From an uncultured Bacilli bacterium (GTDB taxonomy: Bacteria > Bacillota_I > Bacilli_A > RFN20 > CAG-826): DNA of 64,000 nt. This document shows positions 1-10,277 of this stretch, one piece after another. The notes below the pieces were generated by a model that saw only the letters and a list, made by a program, of their open reading frames with translations, had not been told where the DNA came from and ran no database searches. The position numbers and the translations under genes were made by a program. The first letter of the stretch is position 1; each line of letters opens with the position of its first letter. The DNA lies in contig CALVXI010000001.1 of NCBI GenBank assembly GCA_944368975.1, positions 117,365-181,364 of the forward strand, read 5' to 3'.

Positions 1-948
1 TTCTATGTTATGTATTATCGTGATGATATAGTGAGTCAATATGGTTTTGATTTACCTGATACTTGGCAAGATGTAATTGAGATTTTACCTGAACTTCAAA
101 GAAATGGTTTTAATTATTACATTCCATTATCAACATCAACTGCAAGTAAATCCATTATGACTACTGCCCCATTTATTTATCAATATGGTGGTAATTTATT
201 TAGTGATGATGGAACTCATACAACAATCGATGAAGAAAATAGTTTAAATGCTATTAAATTAATGACTGAACTTTATACTCTTTATGGATTAGAAGATCAA
301 GTTAGTAATTTCTTTAATTCATTTAGAAATGGTAGTTTACCAATCGGTGTTTCGACTTTCGACACTTATGTTAGACTTACGATTGCTGCTCCTGAAATTA
401 GTGGAAAATGGAAAATTGCTTTACCTCCAGGAGTTAAAAATAGCGACGGAGTCGTTGAAAGATGGCAAACAGGTAGTGCCCAATCAATGTGTTTAATTGA
501 TCAAAACGAAGAAGTAAATAATGCTGGTTGGGAATTACTTAAATGGTGGACTTCAGCTGATGTTCAAACTGAGTTTAGTAATCGTTTAACTCTTCTTTAT
601 GGTAAAGGTTATATTTGGAATAGTGCTAATTTAGAAGCATTTAATAATTCAATGGTCTTTACTACTGAAGAAAAGAATGTCATTTTAGGCGAATGGGAGT
701 GGATGAGAGAAATTCCACGTGTTCCTGGATGGTATATGCTTGAAAGAGAATTATCTAATGCTTGGAATGATATTGTTCTTAATGGACAAAATACACGTGC
801 TGTTATTGAAGATGCAGTAACAGTTGTTAATAACGAACTTGAAAGAAAATTGATTGAGTTTGGTTATTTAGATGATGAAGGAAATATTATTACCCCATAT
901 AAAGTAACTACACTTGAATCAATTGAAGCTTTAAAAGAAGGTAAATAA
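1..948 (+). CDS. Sugar ABC transporter extracellular solute-binding protein, C-terminal ~315 aa (5' end outside the window)
   Basis: Frame 1 is open from base 1 (FYVMYYRDD...). The soluble W/Y/N-rich sequence is typical of family-1 sugar-binding proteins. Stop TAA at 946-948 lies 2 nt before the first permease gene. Confidence 0.7.
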   Translation, partial: FYVMYYRDDIVSQYGFDLPDTWQDVIEILPELQRNGFNYYIPLSTSTASKSIMTTAPFIYQYGGNLFSDDGTHTTIDEENSLNAIKLMTELYTLYGLEDQVSNFFNSFRNGSLPIGVSTFDTYVRLTIAAPEISGKWKIALPPGVKNSDGVVERWQTGSAQSMCLIDQNEEVNNAGWELLKWWTSADVQTEFSNRLTLLYGKGYIWNSANLEAFNNSMVFTTEEKNVILGEWEWMREIPRVPGWYMLERELSNAWNDIVLNGQNTRAVIEDAVTVVNNELERKLIEFGYLDDEGNIITPYKVTTLESIEALKEGK

Positions 949-950
949 TT

Positions 951-1955
951 ATGGAAACTACGAATGTTAATGAAACAATTCCACAAAGCAAAAAAGATGC
1001 TGAAAAACGTAGTAAATTAGACTTTTTAAAGCGTTTTAAAAGAAATAATGAGAATAATAATCATATTGGTGGAGCTAAAAGTGCTATTAGCTCTACCATC
1101 TTGATTTTACCTTATATTTTAAGTTTCTTTACCTTTATTGTTTTACCAGTTATTTTAGCTATAATTCTTTCTTTTACAAACTTTAATGCGATGAATTTTC
1201 CAGAATTTGTCGGGTTAACTAACTATATAAACTTATTTACAAATGATGATGTTTTTATGCAAAAAATCATCCCAAATACCATTAAATTTTCATTAATTTG
1301 TGGCCCAGTTGGTTATTTTTTAAGTTTCTTCTTAGCTTGGTTACTTGCTCAAATTCCAAAAGTTCCTCGTACAATATTAGCTCTTATTATATACTCACCT
1401 AGTTTAACAGCTGGTGTTGCTATGCAAGTTGTTTGGATTGCAATATTTAGTGGTGATGCTAATGGTTATTTAAATGCTATTTTACTTGATATGGGTATTA
1501 TTAATGAAGCGATTCAATGGCTTCAAAGTGAAGAATACTTAATGACCATTATGATTATTGTAACTATATGGTCAAGTATGGGTGTTGGATTTTTAGCAAT
1601 GCTTTCTGGTATTTTAAATATCGATAGTGAATTATATGAAGCAGCTTATGTTGATGGACTTAAAAATAGATTCCAAGAAGTAGCTTATGTTACTTTACCA
1701 AGTATGAAGCCACAGTTACTTTTTGGTGCAGTTATGGCGGTTGTTAATACTTTCCAAGCAGGTTCTATTGGTGTTCAACTTTCAGGAAGTAATCCTACAC
1801 CAAATTATGCTGGAAGTTTAATTATTAACCATATTGAAGATTATGGTTATATCCGTTATGAAATGGGATATGCTAGTGCAATTAGCGTCGTACTTTTAAT
1901 CTTTATTTACGTCGTTAGTATTATTATCCGCAAGATTTTGCAAACAAAGGAGTAG
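951..1955 (+). CDS. Sugar ABC transporter permease (MalF/UgpA/LplB type)
   Basis: 334 aa with about 6 hydrophobic helices. EAA-loop-like segment [33 protein letters not shown] lies upstream of the ATG, and the gene is tightly packed behind the SBP gene. Confidence 0.85.
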   Translation: METTNVNETIPQSKKDAEKRSKLDFLKRFKRNNENNNHIGGAKSAISSTILILPYILSFFTFIVLPVILAIILSFTNFNAMNFPEFVGLTNYINLFTNDDVFMQKIIPNTIKFSLICGPVGYFLSFFLAWLLAQIPKVPRTILALIIYSPSLTAGVAMQVVWIAIFSGDANGYLNAILLDMGIINEAIQWLQSEEYLMTIMIIVTIWSSMGVGFLAMLSGILNIDSELYEAAYVDGLKNRFQEVAYVTLPSMKPQLLFGAVMAVVNTFQAGSIGVQLSGSNPTPNYAGSLIINHIEDYGYIRYEMGYASAISVVLLIFIYVVSIIIRKILQTKE

Positions 1956-1959
1956 GAAA

Positions 1960-2829
1960 ATGGCTAGTTTTCAAGGTAAAAAGATTAACCCTAAAAAGTT
2001 TCATCCAAGTCAAATTAAGTTTTATATTTTCTTAATTCCTTTTGCAATCTTTATGGCAATCCCAATTGTCTATATGTTTACAACAGCTTTTAAGCCTCAA
2101 GAGGAGTTATTTAAATTCCCTCCATCAATTTTAGTTTATAACCCAACGATGGATAATTTTAAAAGCTTATTTGATTTATTTGAAACAAGTAGCGTTCCTG
2201 CTAGTAGATACTTATTTAACTCAATTTTAGTTACTTTATTAACTGTTGTTATTTCCGTTATTTTAAGTGTTAGTGCAGGTTATGTTTTAAGTAAGAAGCA
2301 TTTTAAAGGTCAAAAATTATTATTTGAAATTAATACTTTAGCCTTAATGTTTGTTCCTATTGCAGTTACTATTCCTCGCTTTATTATTATTGTTAATTTA
2401 GGATTAATTGATAAATTTATTTCGAATATTTTACCAATTATTGCAATGCCTATTGGTTTATTCTTAGTTAAACAATTTATTGATCAAATTCCTGATGCCG
2501 TAATAGAAGCTGCAAGAATTGATGGAGCTGGAGAATTTACTATTTTATTTAGAGTAATTATTCCAATGGTTAAACCAGCTTTAGCAACAATTGCAATTTT
2601 AAGTTTCCAAAGTGCTTGGGGAGCAACTGAAGCTAGTGTTTATTTCTTAAATGATGAGTCTTTAAAAACATTTGCTTATTATATTACAACTTTTGCTAGT
2701 GGTACTAATGCAGCAACTCAAGGAGTAAGTGCTGCTAGTGCTTTAATTATGTTTGTTCCTAATTTGATTATCTTTATTATTATGCAATCAAATGTTATGG
2801 ATACAATGGCTTATTCAGGTATTAAGTAA
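1960..2829 (+). CDS. Sugar ABC transporter permease (MalG/UgpE/LplC type)
   Basis: 289 aa with about 6 TM helices. EAA loop IEAARIDGAGEFTILFRVIIPMVKPAL. AAGGAG RBS just upstream of the ATG at 1960. Confidence 0.85.
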   Translation: MASFQGKKINPKKFHPSQIKFYIFLIPFAIFMAIPIVYMFTTAFKPQEELFKFPPSILVYNPTMDNFKSLFDLFETSSVPASRYLFNSILVTLLTVVISVILSVSAGYVLSKKHFKGQKLLFEINTLALMFVPIAVTIPRFIIIVNLGLIDKFISNILPIIAMPIGLFLVKQFIDQIPDAVIEAARIDGAGEFTILFRVIIPMVKPALATIAILSFQSAWGATEASVYFLNDESLKTFAYYITTFASGTNAATQGVSAASALIMFVPNLIIFIIMQSNVMDTMAYSGIK

Positions 2830-2830
2830 T

Positions 2831-4888
2831 ATGAAAAAGAGATATTATGTTTTAATATTTTCAATATTTTTAATGATCTTAACTTTCTCTTTTTCAGCAA
2901 GTATTGCTTATGCCTTACCTTATGAAACAGAGACTAGTGGACCTAATGGAGAACTTGTTCCAACTCAACAAGTTTATGAACCATCTAGAAAAATAGTTAT
3001 CCCTTATAATATGCCAGTAAATGAAGACGAATCTAGCACCTTTAATGCTCCTGAAGACATGTTCTATGATGAAGAAACTAATTCTATCTTTATTGCAGAT
3101 ACTGGTAATAAAAGAGTAGTTAGATTAAATTATGATGGAACTGATGCTGATTTTATATATTATGGAAAAGAAGATGAAGCATTAATTGATCCTCGTGGAG
3201 TTAGTTGTAATGATGATTATTTAGTTGTCGCTGATCGTCAACTTGAGAAAGTTATAGTTTATGATAAAGAAACTCTAGCTTATGTTGATGAAATCACTAG
3301 ACCTGATAGCACATTAATTGGTGCAACTTCGACATTTGTTCCAACTAAAGTATGTGTTGATAATCGTGGCAATCTATATATAGTTAGTGAAGGTAACACT
3401 AAAGGCGTTATGCAACTTAATTTAGAAGGCGAATTTGCTGGTTATATTGGTGCAAATGAAACTCCATCTAGCTTCTTAAGTTGGATTCAAGATTTATTTG
3501 GAATTAATAATGATGATGGTTTATTAGCTCAAGGACAAAGTGTTAGTAATATTGCTCTTGATTCTAATGGGCTAGTTTATACAGTTACTAACCAAAGCGC
3601 AACTGCTGCAGTTAAAAAGCTTAATACTACTGGTGTTAGTATTATGTCTCCTTCAATGAACTTTGCTGAAACTACTCAAGTTTGTATTGATAGTAGTGGA
3701 AATATTTATAGCGTTCAAAATGATGGCTATATAACTATTTTTGATAGCTATGGAAGTTTATTATTTAGATTTGGTGGTGTTAATAATGAAGAAGTTTTAG
3801 GTGCTTTAAAAAATCCTATTGCTGTTAATGTTACATCAAATCATGAACTTTTAGTTCTAGATCGTGAACAAAATATGGTCATCTTATATACTCCAACTCA
3901 TTTTGCCAATTTAGTTTTTGATGCAGTTGATTATTATAAAGATGGTTTATATTTAGAAGGGGAAGATGCTTGGTTAGAAGTTTTAAAATATAACAATAAA
4001 TTTATTTTAGCTTATAAGGCACTTGCTAGAGCTAATATGAAAAAAGGTAATTATGATCTTGCTTTAGAACAATTTAAACTTGCTGAAGATAAACAAGGTT
4101 ATAGTGAAGCTTATTGGCAAATTAGAGATACTTGGCTTAGAAGTAACCTTATTTGGATTATTGTTCCAATTTTAGTTTTATGTATTGGAATATATGTAGT
4201 TAAATTAGTAGACCGTAAAAAACCAATGGTTTTTGCTTCTATTAAAAGTGGTTTTAATAGAGCAAACCAAACACATACTTTAGGTGATTTTACTTATATT
4301 TTCCATTATATGAGAAGGCCTCGTGATGCGACTTATGAGATGAAATATAAAGGTAAAACAAGTGTTATTGGTGCTACTATTTTATATTTATTCTTTGTTG
4401 TCATTCAAATTTTACAAGTATATTTAAAAGGTTATTTATTTAATAATACGAACGTATATGATTCTAATGCTTTAGAGATCATCTTACTATCAACTTTACC
4501 TTTAATTTTACTTGTTATATGCAATTATTTTGTTAGTAATGTTACAGATGGTGAAGGTAAGTTTAAACAAGTTTATATTGGAATGATTTATTCTTTAAGT
4601 CCTTACTTAGTATTGTCTATTCCAATTTTCTTAATTTCTAATGTTTTAACTTATAATGAACAAGTTATTTATGATGTATTAATTTGGTTTACCTATATTT
4701 GGTCAGGAATTAATATCTTTTTAACAATAATGGAACTTCATGATTTCACATTCTGGAAAGCAGTTAAAAATATATTACTTACGATTGTGTGCTTTATTTT
4801 AGTTATAGCATTTGCCTTTATTCTTTATATGTTAGCTTATCAACTTGTAGGCTACATTATTAGTGTATGTCAGGAGTTAGCCTTATGA
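2831..4888 (+). CDS. Exported NHL-repeat beta-propeller / TPR-like / Yip1-like multi-pass membrane fusion protein, function unknown
   Basis: Start moved to ATG 2831 (MKKRYYVLIFSIFLMILTFSFSASIAYA signal peptide). Six NHL-like blades, e.g. SIFIADTGNKRVVRLNYDG, YLVVADRQLEKVIVYD, NLYIVSEGNTKGVMQLNLEG, ELLVLDREQNMVILY. A TPR-like stretch (NMKKGNYDLALEQFKLAEDK) is followed by about 6 TM helices. Confidence 0.6.
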   Translation: MKKRYYVLIFSIFLMILTFSFSASIAYALPYETETSGPNGELVPTQQVYEPSRKIVIPYNMPVNEDESSTFNAPEDMFYDEETNSIFIADTGNKRVVRLNYDGTDADFIYYGKEDEALIDPRGVSCNDDYLVVADRQLEKVIVYDKETLAYVDEITRPDSTLIGATSTFVPTKVCVDNRGNLYIVSEGNTKGVMQLNLEGEFAGYIGANETPSSFLSWIQDLFGINNDDGLLAQGQSVSNIALDSNGLVYTVTNQSATAAVKKLNTTGVSIMSPSMNFAETTQVCIDSSGNIYSVQNDGYITIFDSYGSLLFRFGGVNNEEVLGALKNPIAVNVTSNHELLVLDREQNMVILYTPTHFANLVFDAVDYYKDGLYLEGEDAWLEVLKYNNKFILAYKALARANMKKGNYDLALEQFKLAEDKQGYSEAYWQIRDTWLRSNLIWIIVPILVLCIGIYVVKLVDRKKPMVFASIKSGFNRANQTHTLGDFTYIFHYMRRPRDATYEMKYKGKTSVIGATILYLFFVVIQILQVYLKGYLFNNTNVYDSNALEIILLSTLPLILLVICNYFVSNVTDGEGKFKQVYIGMIYSLSPYLVLSIPIFLISNVLTYNEQVIYDVLIWFTYIWSGINIFLTIMELHDFTFWKAVKNILLTIVCFILVIAFAFILYMLAYQLVGYIISVCQELAL

Positions 4889-7053
4889 AATTTCTTACAA
4901 AATTAATTATAACAATCGTTGGATTAACTTCCGTCAGTGTCCCAATTGCAATGGGTGGAACTTATAAACTTGAAAGTAATCAAAATAGTGAAACATTAAA
5001 TGAAGAAACTAATGAAGTTTATACAGTAACTAAAGGTGATACAACTTTAAAAGTAAATAAAGACACTTTATATTTTGAAGTAACTAAAGGTAATTCTACT
5101 TGGAATAGTGGTAAAGTTCTTGAAACTGATGAAGATGTCACAAATAGTCGTAGAGCTTTTATTGAATCGCCTTTAACAGTTTACTTTTTAACTTCTAATG
5201 GTGGAGAAAGTAGTTTTAGTATTTTTGATAGTCGTCATGAAGATACAACTCGTGTCACATTCCATGAAGAAAGTGAAGGTTTTAGTGCTGATTTAAGAAT
5301 TAGAGATGGTAATAATGCTAATTTAAGTTTAGAGATTAATTTAACTCTTAATGTAAAAATCACTGATGATGGCTTAAATATTTATATTACTGATCTAGAA
5401 GAAAATCTAGAAGCAACTAATAGATTATCAAGACTTGTTATTTATCCTGGATTTGATGCAAGTTATGGCTTAGTTGATGGATATGCTTTAATCCCTGATG
5501 GAAGTGGAGCAATCATTAATTATAATGAACCTACTAATGCTCGTAGTGCTCTTTCTTTAACAACTTATGATAGTGATATCGGAGTAAGAAATAATGGAAG
5601 AACATCAACTACTAGTAATGTTTTAACTTTACCTATGTATGCTGTTAATAATTTAAATAGCAGTTATATGGTAACTATTGAAAGTGGTAGTGAATATAGT
5701 TCATTAAATAGTAAGGTTGCTACGATGAGTGATAACTATAACTTAAATTATTTTAGTTTTACTTATCGAGAAATTTTCTACCGTTATTTTGGTATAAGTG
5801 ATTCTACTCGTCGACCAGAACCACAAGAAAACGCTAATCAATTTTTACCAAATTTAACTTATCATCTTTATGATGATAAGTTGACTTATAGTGAATTTGC
5901 TAAAGAATATCAAGACTATTTATTAACTAATAATTTACTTAATAAAGCTAGTGAACTTGAAAGTAGTTTAAGACTTGAATTTTTAATGAGTGAATCTAAA
6001 CCTAGCATGTTTGGAAGAGAAGTTATTGCTATGACTGATACTAACTTTGTTAAAAAAGTTTGCGAAGAACTTAAAGATGAAGTTAATGTTGATGTTAGTT
6101 TACTTGGCGCAAGTAAAGGTGGTTATACTAATTCTTATCCTAATAATTTCCCTCTTGAAAAGAAAACTGGAAGTGAAGGAGATTATAAAGATTTAATTAG
6201 TTATTTAAATAGTTTTGGAATAGAAACTAATTTTATAGTTGATTATATCCGTGCTTTTAGTGATAGCTCAATTAGTGATAAAGATCTTGCGATGAATATG
6301 TCAGAAAAATATATTGAAAGTAACGATATTCATCCTGGAAGTGAATTAATCTTTAATCATCTAACATTAAATAAAACTAAAGATAAGATTAATGGAGATT
6401 TAGGTTTAATTAATGAACTTAATACTAGTGGATTAGATTTTACGTCAATTGGTAATACTTTATATTCAAGTTATCATAATCAAGTATTTTCTAGAGCTGA
6501 AGCTATTAAAGCTTATCAAAATATATTAGGCTCTTTAGATTTAAATGTTAATTTAAGAAAACCTAATTTATACATGTATAATTACTTTAATGATTATTTA
6601 GAAACGCCAATTAGTAATAGTGGATTTTTAATTGAAACAAGTAGTATCCCATTTATATCAATGGTTTTAAGTGGATATAAAAATATGTATAGTAGTGCTT
6701 TAAACTTAAATTATTTAGGAACTAATCAAATCTTAAATTTAATCGATTATAACGTTAATCCAACATATTTATTGACTAAAGAAAGTGCTATTGAATTATT
6801 CCAAACAAGTAGTGAATATATTTTCTCTAGTATGTATAGTGATTGGAAAGAAGAAATTATTAATTCTATTACTTTAGTTAATGATATTTTAAAAGAAGTT
6901 AGTGGTGCTAATTTTATAAATAGAGAAGAAATTAGTAATAATGTTTATAAGAATACCTATAGTAATAATAAAGAAATCATCGTTAATTATTCTGATAATG
7001 ATTTTACTTATAACGGTATTACTATTGAGTCTAGTAGTGCGGAGGTATTTTAA
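4885..7053 (+). CDS. Large (~722 aa) membrane-anchored or secreted protein of unknown function (possibly DUF5696-like)
   Basis: ATG 4885 overlaps the upstream TGA (ATGA), with AGGAG at 4872-4876. N-terminal hydrophobic anchor KLIITIVGLTSVSVPIAMGG. The rest is a soluble S/T/N-rich sequence with no catalytic motif I recognise. The DUF5696 resemblance is from memory only. Confidence 0.45.
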   Translation: MKFLTKLIITIVGLTSVSVPIAMGGTYKLESNQNSETLNEETNEVYTVTKGDTTLKVNKDTLYFEVTKGNSTWNSGKVLETDEDVTNSRRAFIESPLTVYFLTSNGGESSFSIFDSRHEDTTRVTFHEESEGFSADLRIRDGNNANLSLEINLTLNVKITDDGLNIYITDLEENLEATNRLSRLVIYPGFDASYGLVDGYALIPDGSGAIINYNEPTNARSALSLTTYDSDIGVRNNGRTSTTSNVLTLPMYAVNNLNSSYMVTIESGSEYSSLNSKVATMSDNYNLNYFSFTYREIFYRYFGISDSTRRPEPQENANQFLPNLTYHLYDDKLTYSEFAKEYQDYLLTNNLLNKASELESSLRLEFLMSESKPSMFGREVIAMTDTNFVKKVCEELKDEVNVDVSLLGASKGGYTNSYPNNFPLEKKTGSEGDYKDLISYLNSFGIETNFIVDYIRAFSDSSISDKDLAMNMSEKYIESNDIHPGSELIFNHLTLNKTKDKINGDLGLINELNTSGLDFTSIGNTLYSSYHNQVFSRAEAIKAYQNILGSLDLNVNLRKPNLYMYNYFNDYLETPISNSGFLIETSSIPFISMVLSGYKNMYSSALNLNYLGTNQILNLIDYNVNPTYLLTKESAIELFQTSSEYIFSSMYSDWKEEIINSITLVNDILKEVSGANFINREEISNNVYKNTYSNNKEIIVNYSDNDFTYNGITIESSSAEVF

Positions 7054-7054
7054 G

Positions 7055-8557
7055 ATGATTAAATTTAAAGATATATATTTTCAATATCAATCTAATTATC
7101 CTAAAACTTTAATTAATTTTATTTTAAAGAAAGATAAGAATCATTCTTTAAATAAAAAGAGTATCAATGATAATTTAAAAAAGATTATAAAGTTTGAAGA
7201 TACTTCCTATTTAAATGATATTTTCACTAATGAAAATAAAGCTCATATGAAAGAGATTTTAAAAGAAGAAATTGAAAGAATTTCTTTTGATTATAATAAA
7301 ATCCTTTTAGAACTCGACTCTTTTTATGAAAAATCATTTAATAATGCTTCATTTAATCAAAAAGAAATTACTAAAGAATTAAATAAATTTGATAAAGAAT
7401 TTCAAAAATATAATTTACCATTTATTTACTATAATATTTCTTTTATCTTAGATTTTAAAAGAACTATCAATAATGAACTTAAGTTATTTTATGAAAAAGA
7501 GAAGTCTGGAGAATATGTTGATTTAAATGAAGTTAATAAAAGAATGAATAAATATTTTATTAACTTAAAAGAAACTATTAAAGGCTTAGAGGAAAGCTTA
7601 AGTATTGATATTGATACTTATTTAAATAATTTAATTACTCGAATTAATGAAGAATATAAAATTATTTTTGAAAATAAAGATAACTTTAAAATTACAATTC
7701 CTAATTGGACTAAAGGATTATTATTTTGCTTACCTTGGATCATTGGTTTTTGTATTTTCACTGTTTATCCTTTAATTCAAACATTCGTTTTCTCATTTAA
7801 TTATGTTGTTCCAACAAGTGATGGCTTTAGAATGGATGGAGTAGGTTTTACTAATTATATAAATCTATTTACTAAAGACACTGATTTTATAAATGCAATC
7901 GGTGATTATTTAGTTGAAATGATTATCTACGTCCCTGTTATTACAGTTGTTAGTTTATTACTTGCTTTATTATTAAATACTAAAGTTAAAGGAACAGGAT
8001 TTTTTAGAACAATTTTCTTCTTACCTGTAATTATTACTAGTGGTCCAGTTTTACAAATCTTAATGGAACAAGGTGTTACTTCTATTCCTGGACTTAGTGA
8101 AATTATTAATTTAGAAGAAATTAGTCAAGGTTTACCAAGATTCCTTCAAACAGCATTAGATATTATAACTAATGAATTTATCGTTATTTTATGGTTCTGT
8201 GGTATTCAAATTTTAGTCTTTATGACTGGTTTACAAAAGATCGATAAAGGAGTTTATGAAGCTGCGAATATTGATGGAGCTGGTAAGTGGGAGAAGTTCT
8301 GGAAAGTTACTTTACCTGCTATAAATCCAACAATTGTTATTAATGTTGTTTTCACGGTTGTCATGCAATCAATCTTTGCTTTAAATCCAATCATTTTAAA
8401 GATTCAACAAGATATGAATGATACTAGTGGTGAAAGAGGTTATGGTTATTCAAGTGCGATGGCCTTTACTTACTTCTTAATCATGATTATCGTGTTAGTT
8501 ATTTTTGTTCTTATCTTTAAGAGTAAGAACAAAAAAGTTAAGAAAGTGGGGGCATAG
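7055..8557 (+). CDS. Sugar ABC permease (MalF/UgpA type) with ~245-aa N-terminal soluble K/N/E-rich extension
   Basis: Start at ATG 7055 (GGAGG at 7038-7042), 1 nt after the upstream stop. The first TM helix appears only near aa 250 (LLFCLPWIIGFCIFTVYPLI). EAA loop VYEAANIDGAGKWEKFWKVTLPAINP. Confidence 0.8.
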   Translation: MIKFKDIYFQYQSNYPKTLINFILKKDKNHSLNKKSINDNLKKIIKFEDTSYLNDIFTNENKAHMKEILKEEIERISFDYNKILLELDSFYEKSFNNASFNQKEITKELNKFDKEFQKYNLPFIYYNISFILDFKRTINNELKLFYEKEKSGEYVDLNEVNKRMNKYFINLKETIKGLEESLSIDIDTYLNNLITRINEEYKIIFENKDNFKITIPNWTKGLLFCLPWIIGFCIFTVYPLIQTFVFSFNYVVPTSDGFRMDGVGFTNYINLFTKDTDFINAIGDYLVEMIIYVPVITVVSLLLALLLNTKVKGTGFFRTIFFLPVIITSGPVLQILMEQGVTSIPGLSEIINLEEISQGLPRFLQTALDIITNEFIVILWFCGIQILVFMTGLQKIDKGVYEAANIDGAGKWEKFWKVTLPAINPTIVINVVFTVVMQSIFALNPIILKIQQDMNDTSGERGYGYSSAMAFTYFLIMIIVLVIFVLIFKSKNKKVKKVGA

Positions 8558-8559
8558 TT

Positions 8560-10275
8560 ATGAAAAAGTTTTTTAATGATTTATTAAATAAAATTAAATA
8601 TGTCTTTACTCCTATTTCTAAAGAGACCAAAAAAGAAATAAAAGAAATTAGAATTAAAGAGAAAACTACTAAAAACCTTGCAAAAACCCGATTAAATTTA
8701 ATTATTAAAGAAATTAAAGAATCTAGTAAAGGTAATTTAGAAGCTTTAAAATTCGATATTAAAGGTTTTAAAAATGTCATTCATAACACGAAAGTTTCTA
8801 GTAATAATTTTTACTTTGAACACTTTATAAAAGAAGACTTTAATCGTTTAGGACTTAGTTCAAGTTTAGTAATATCTCATGATTCGAAAATTAATCTTAA
8901 AGAAGAATTAATTTCTAAGTTAAGTGAATTTAATAATAGTAATTTATCAAAATTTAAAGCTTATTTTGAAATGATTAAGATTAATAAATTAATTAATAAA
9001 TCTATAAATTATTTATTAGAAGATTATAAAACTAAGTCTAATTTCTTTATCATTAAAAATATCTTTAAAAAAGATGGATTAGAAGTTATTAAATCATACT
9101 TTAATGAAGTTAAAGAGTATTCTTTAACTTACATAAAGAATGATAATTTTAAATTAGATAAGGATTTAGAATTAACAATAACTAACATTAATAATTTAAT
9201 TAATAATGCATCAATTAAATTAAAAGAATATCCATATCACTTTAAAGAAACAAAAGTTTATCTTTCTTTAGTTAATTCTTTTAATAAAAAGTTTAAAAAA
9301 CTTAAACCTATTGTTACTAAAGAAGTTACTAGATTTTATGATCTATTTAAAAAAGAAAACTTTAACCGTGAAACTATTAAAACTTATTTATTTGGTAGTG
9401 AAGAACGTCGAGGAATTTTAACAAATATTGTTGTTTATGCTTTATTAATTTTATTCGGTTTTGTTTATCTTTATCCAATGCTTTATATGCTTTCTTATAG
9501 TTTTATGAGTAGTAGTGATTTAGTTAACCCTAATGTTACTTATATTCCTACTCATTTAGAAGGACAAAACTATATCGATGCATTTACAGTATTAAATTAT
9601 TGGTCAACATTAGGAGAAAGTTTACTTGTTAGTATTCTTCCAGCAATTTGTCAAACAGTATGTTGTTCACTTGTTGCTTATGGACTAGCTAGATATGAAT
9701 TTAAAGGAAAGAAAATTTTATTTGGTTTAATTATTTTCACCTTTTTAATTCCATCTTGTTTAACAATGTTACCAACTATTAGTTTATATGCCTCAATGGG
9801 CATAACTGGCAATGTTTTAAGTTATATCTTACCAGCTTTATTTGGTCAAGGGCTTAAAAGTGCCGTCTTTATCTTAATTTTTTATCAATACTTTAAAGGT
9901 ATTCCTCAATCAATTACTGAAGCTGCTGAAATTGATGGTGCAAATACATTTGTCGTATTTTTAAGAATAGCAATTCCAAGTGCTAAAAGTGGAATTCTTT
10001 TATCAATCTTACTTAGTGTAGTTTGGTATTATAACGAAACTGTTTTAGCTAGTGCTTTCTTTGGAAGTGAGATTTCTACTTTACCATTAGCCTTAGAAAA
10101 CTTTAAATCCTCATTTGATAATATTTATCAAGATGCTGCTAATGGAAAAAGTATTAATGAAGCTATTTATATGGCTGGTACAATGCTTAACATTTTACCA
10201 TTACTTATTCTTTACTTCTTTACACAAAAATACTTCGTTCAAGGTGTTGATAAAGCAGGAATTACTGGAGAATAA
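8560..10275 (+). CDS. Sugar ABC permease (MalG/UgpE type) with ~285-aa N-terminal soluble K/N-rich extension
   Basis: 571 aa. The first TM helix is near aa 287 (ILTNIVVYALLILFGFVYLYP). EAA loop ITEAAEIDGANTFVVFLRIAIPSAK. The N-terminal third has no hydrophobic segment. Confidence 0.8.
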   Translation: MKKFFNDLLNKIKYVFTPISKETKKEIKEIRIKEKTTKNLAKTRLNLIIKEIKESSKGNLEALKFDIKGFKNVIHNTKVSSNNFYFEHFIKEDFNRLGLSSSLVISHDSKINLKEELISKLSEFNNSNLSKFKAYFEMIKINKLINKSINYLLEDYKTKSNFFIIKNIFKKDGLEVIKSYFNEVKEYSLTYIKNDNFKLDKDLELTITNINNLINNASIKLKEYPYHFKETKVYLSLVNSFNKKFKKLKPIVTKEVTRFYDLFKKENFNRETIKTYLFGSEERRGILTNIVVYALLILFGFVYLYPMLYMLSYSFMSSSDLVNPNVTYIPTHLEGQNYIDAFTVLNYWSTLGESLLVSILPAICQTVCCSLVAYGLARYEFKGKKILFGLIIFTFLIPSCLTMLPTISLYASMGITGNVLSYILPALFGQGLKSAVFILIFYQYFKGIPQSITEAAEIDGANTFVVFLRIAIPSAKSGILLSILLSVVWYYNETVLASAFFGSEISTLPLALENFKSSFDNIYQDAANGKSINEAIYMAGTMLNILPLLILYFFTQKYFVQGVDKAGITGE

Positions 10276-10277
10276 AA

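Noticed and set aside
8538-8780. 80-aa minus-strand ORF overlapping the junction of the two pair-B permease genes
   Set aside because: It lies entirely antisense to well-supported coding sequence. Its low-complexity L/I/F/S composition is typical of antisense frames in AT-rich genes, and it has no RBS.
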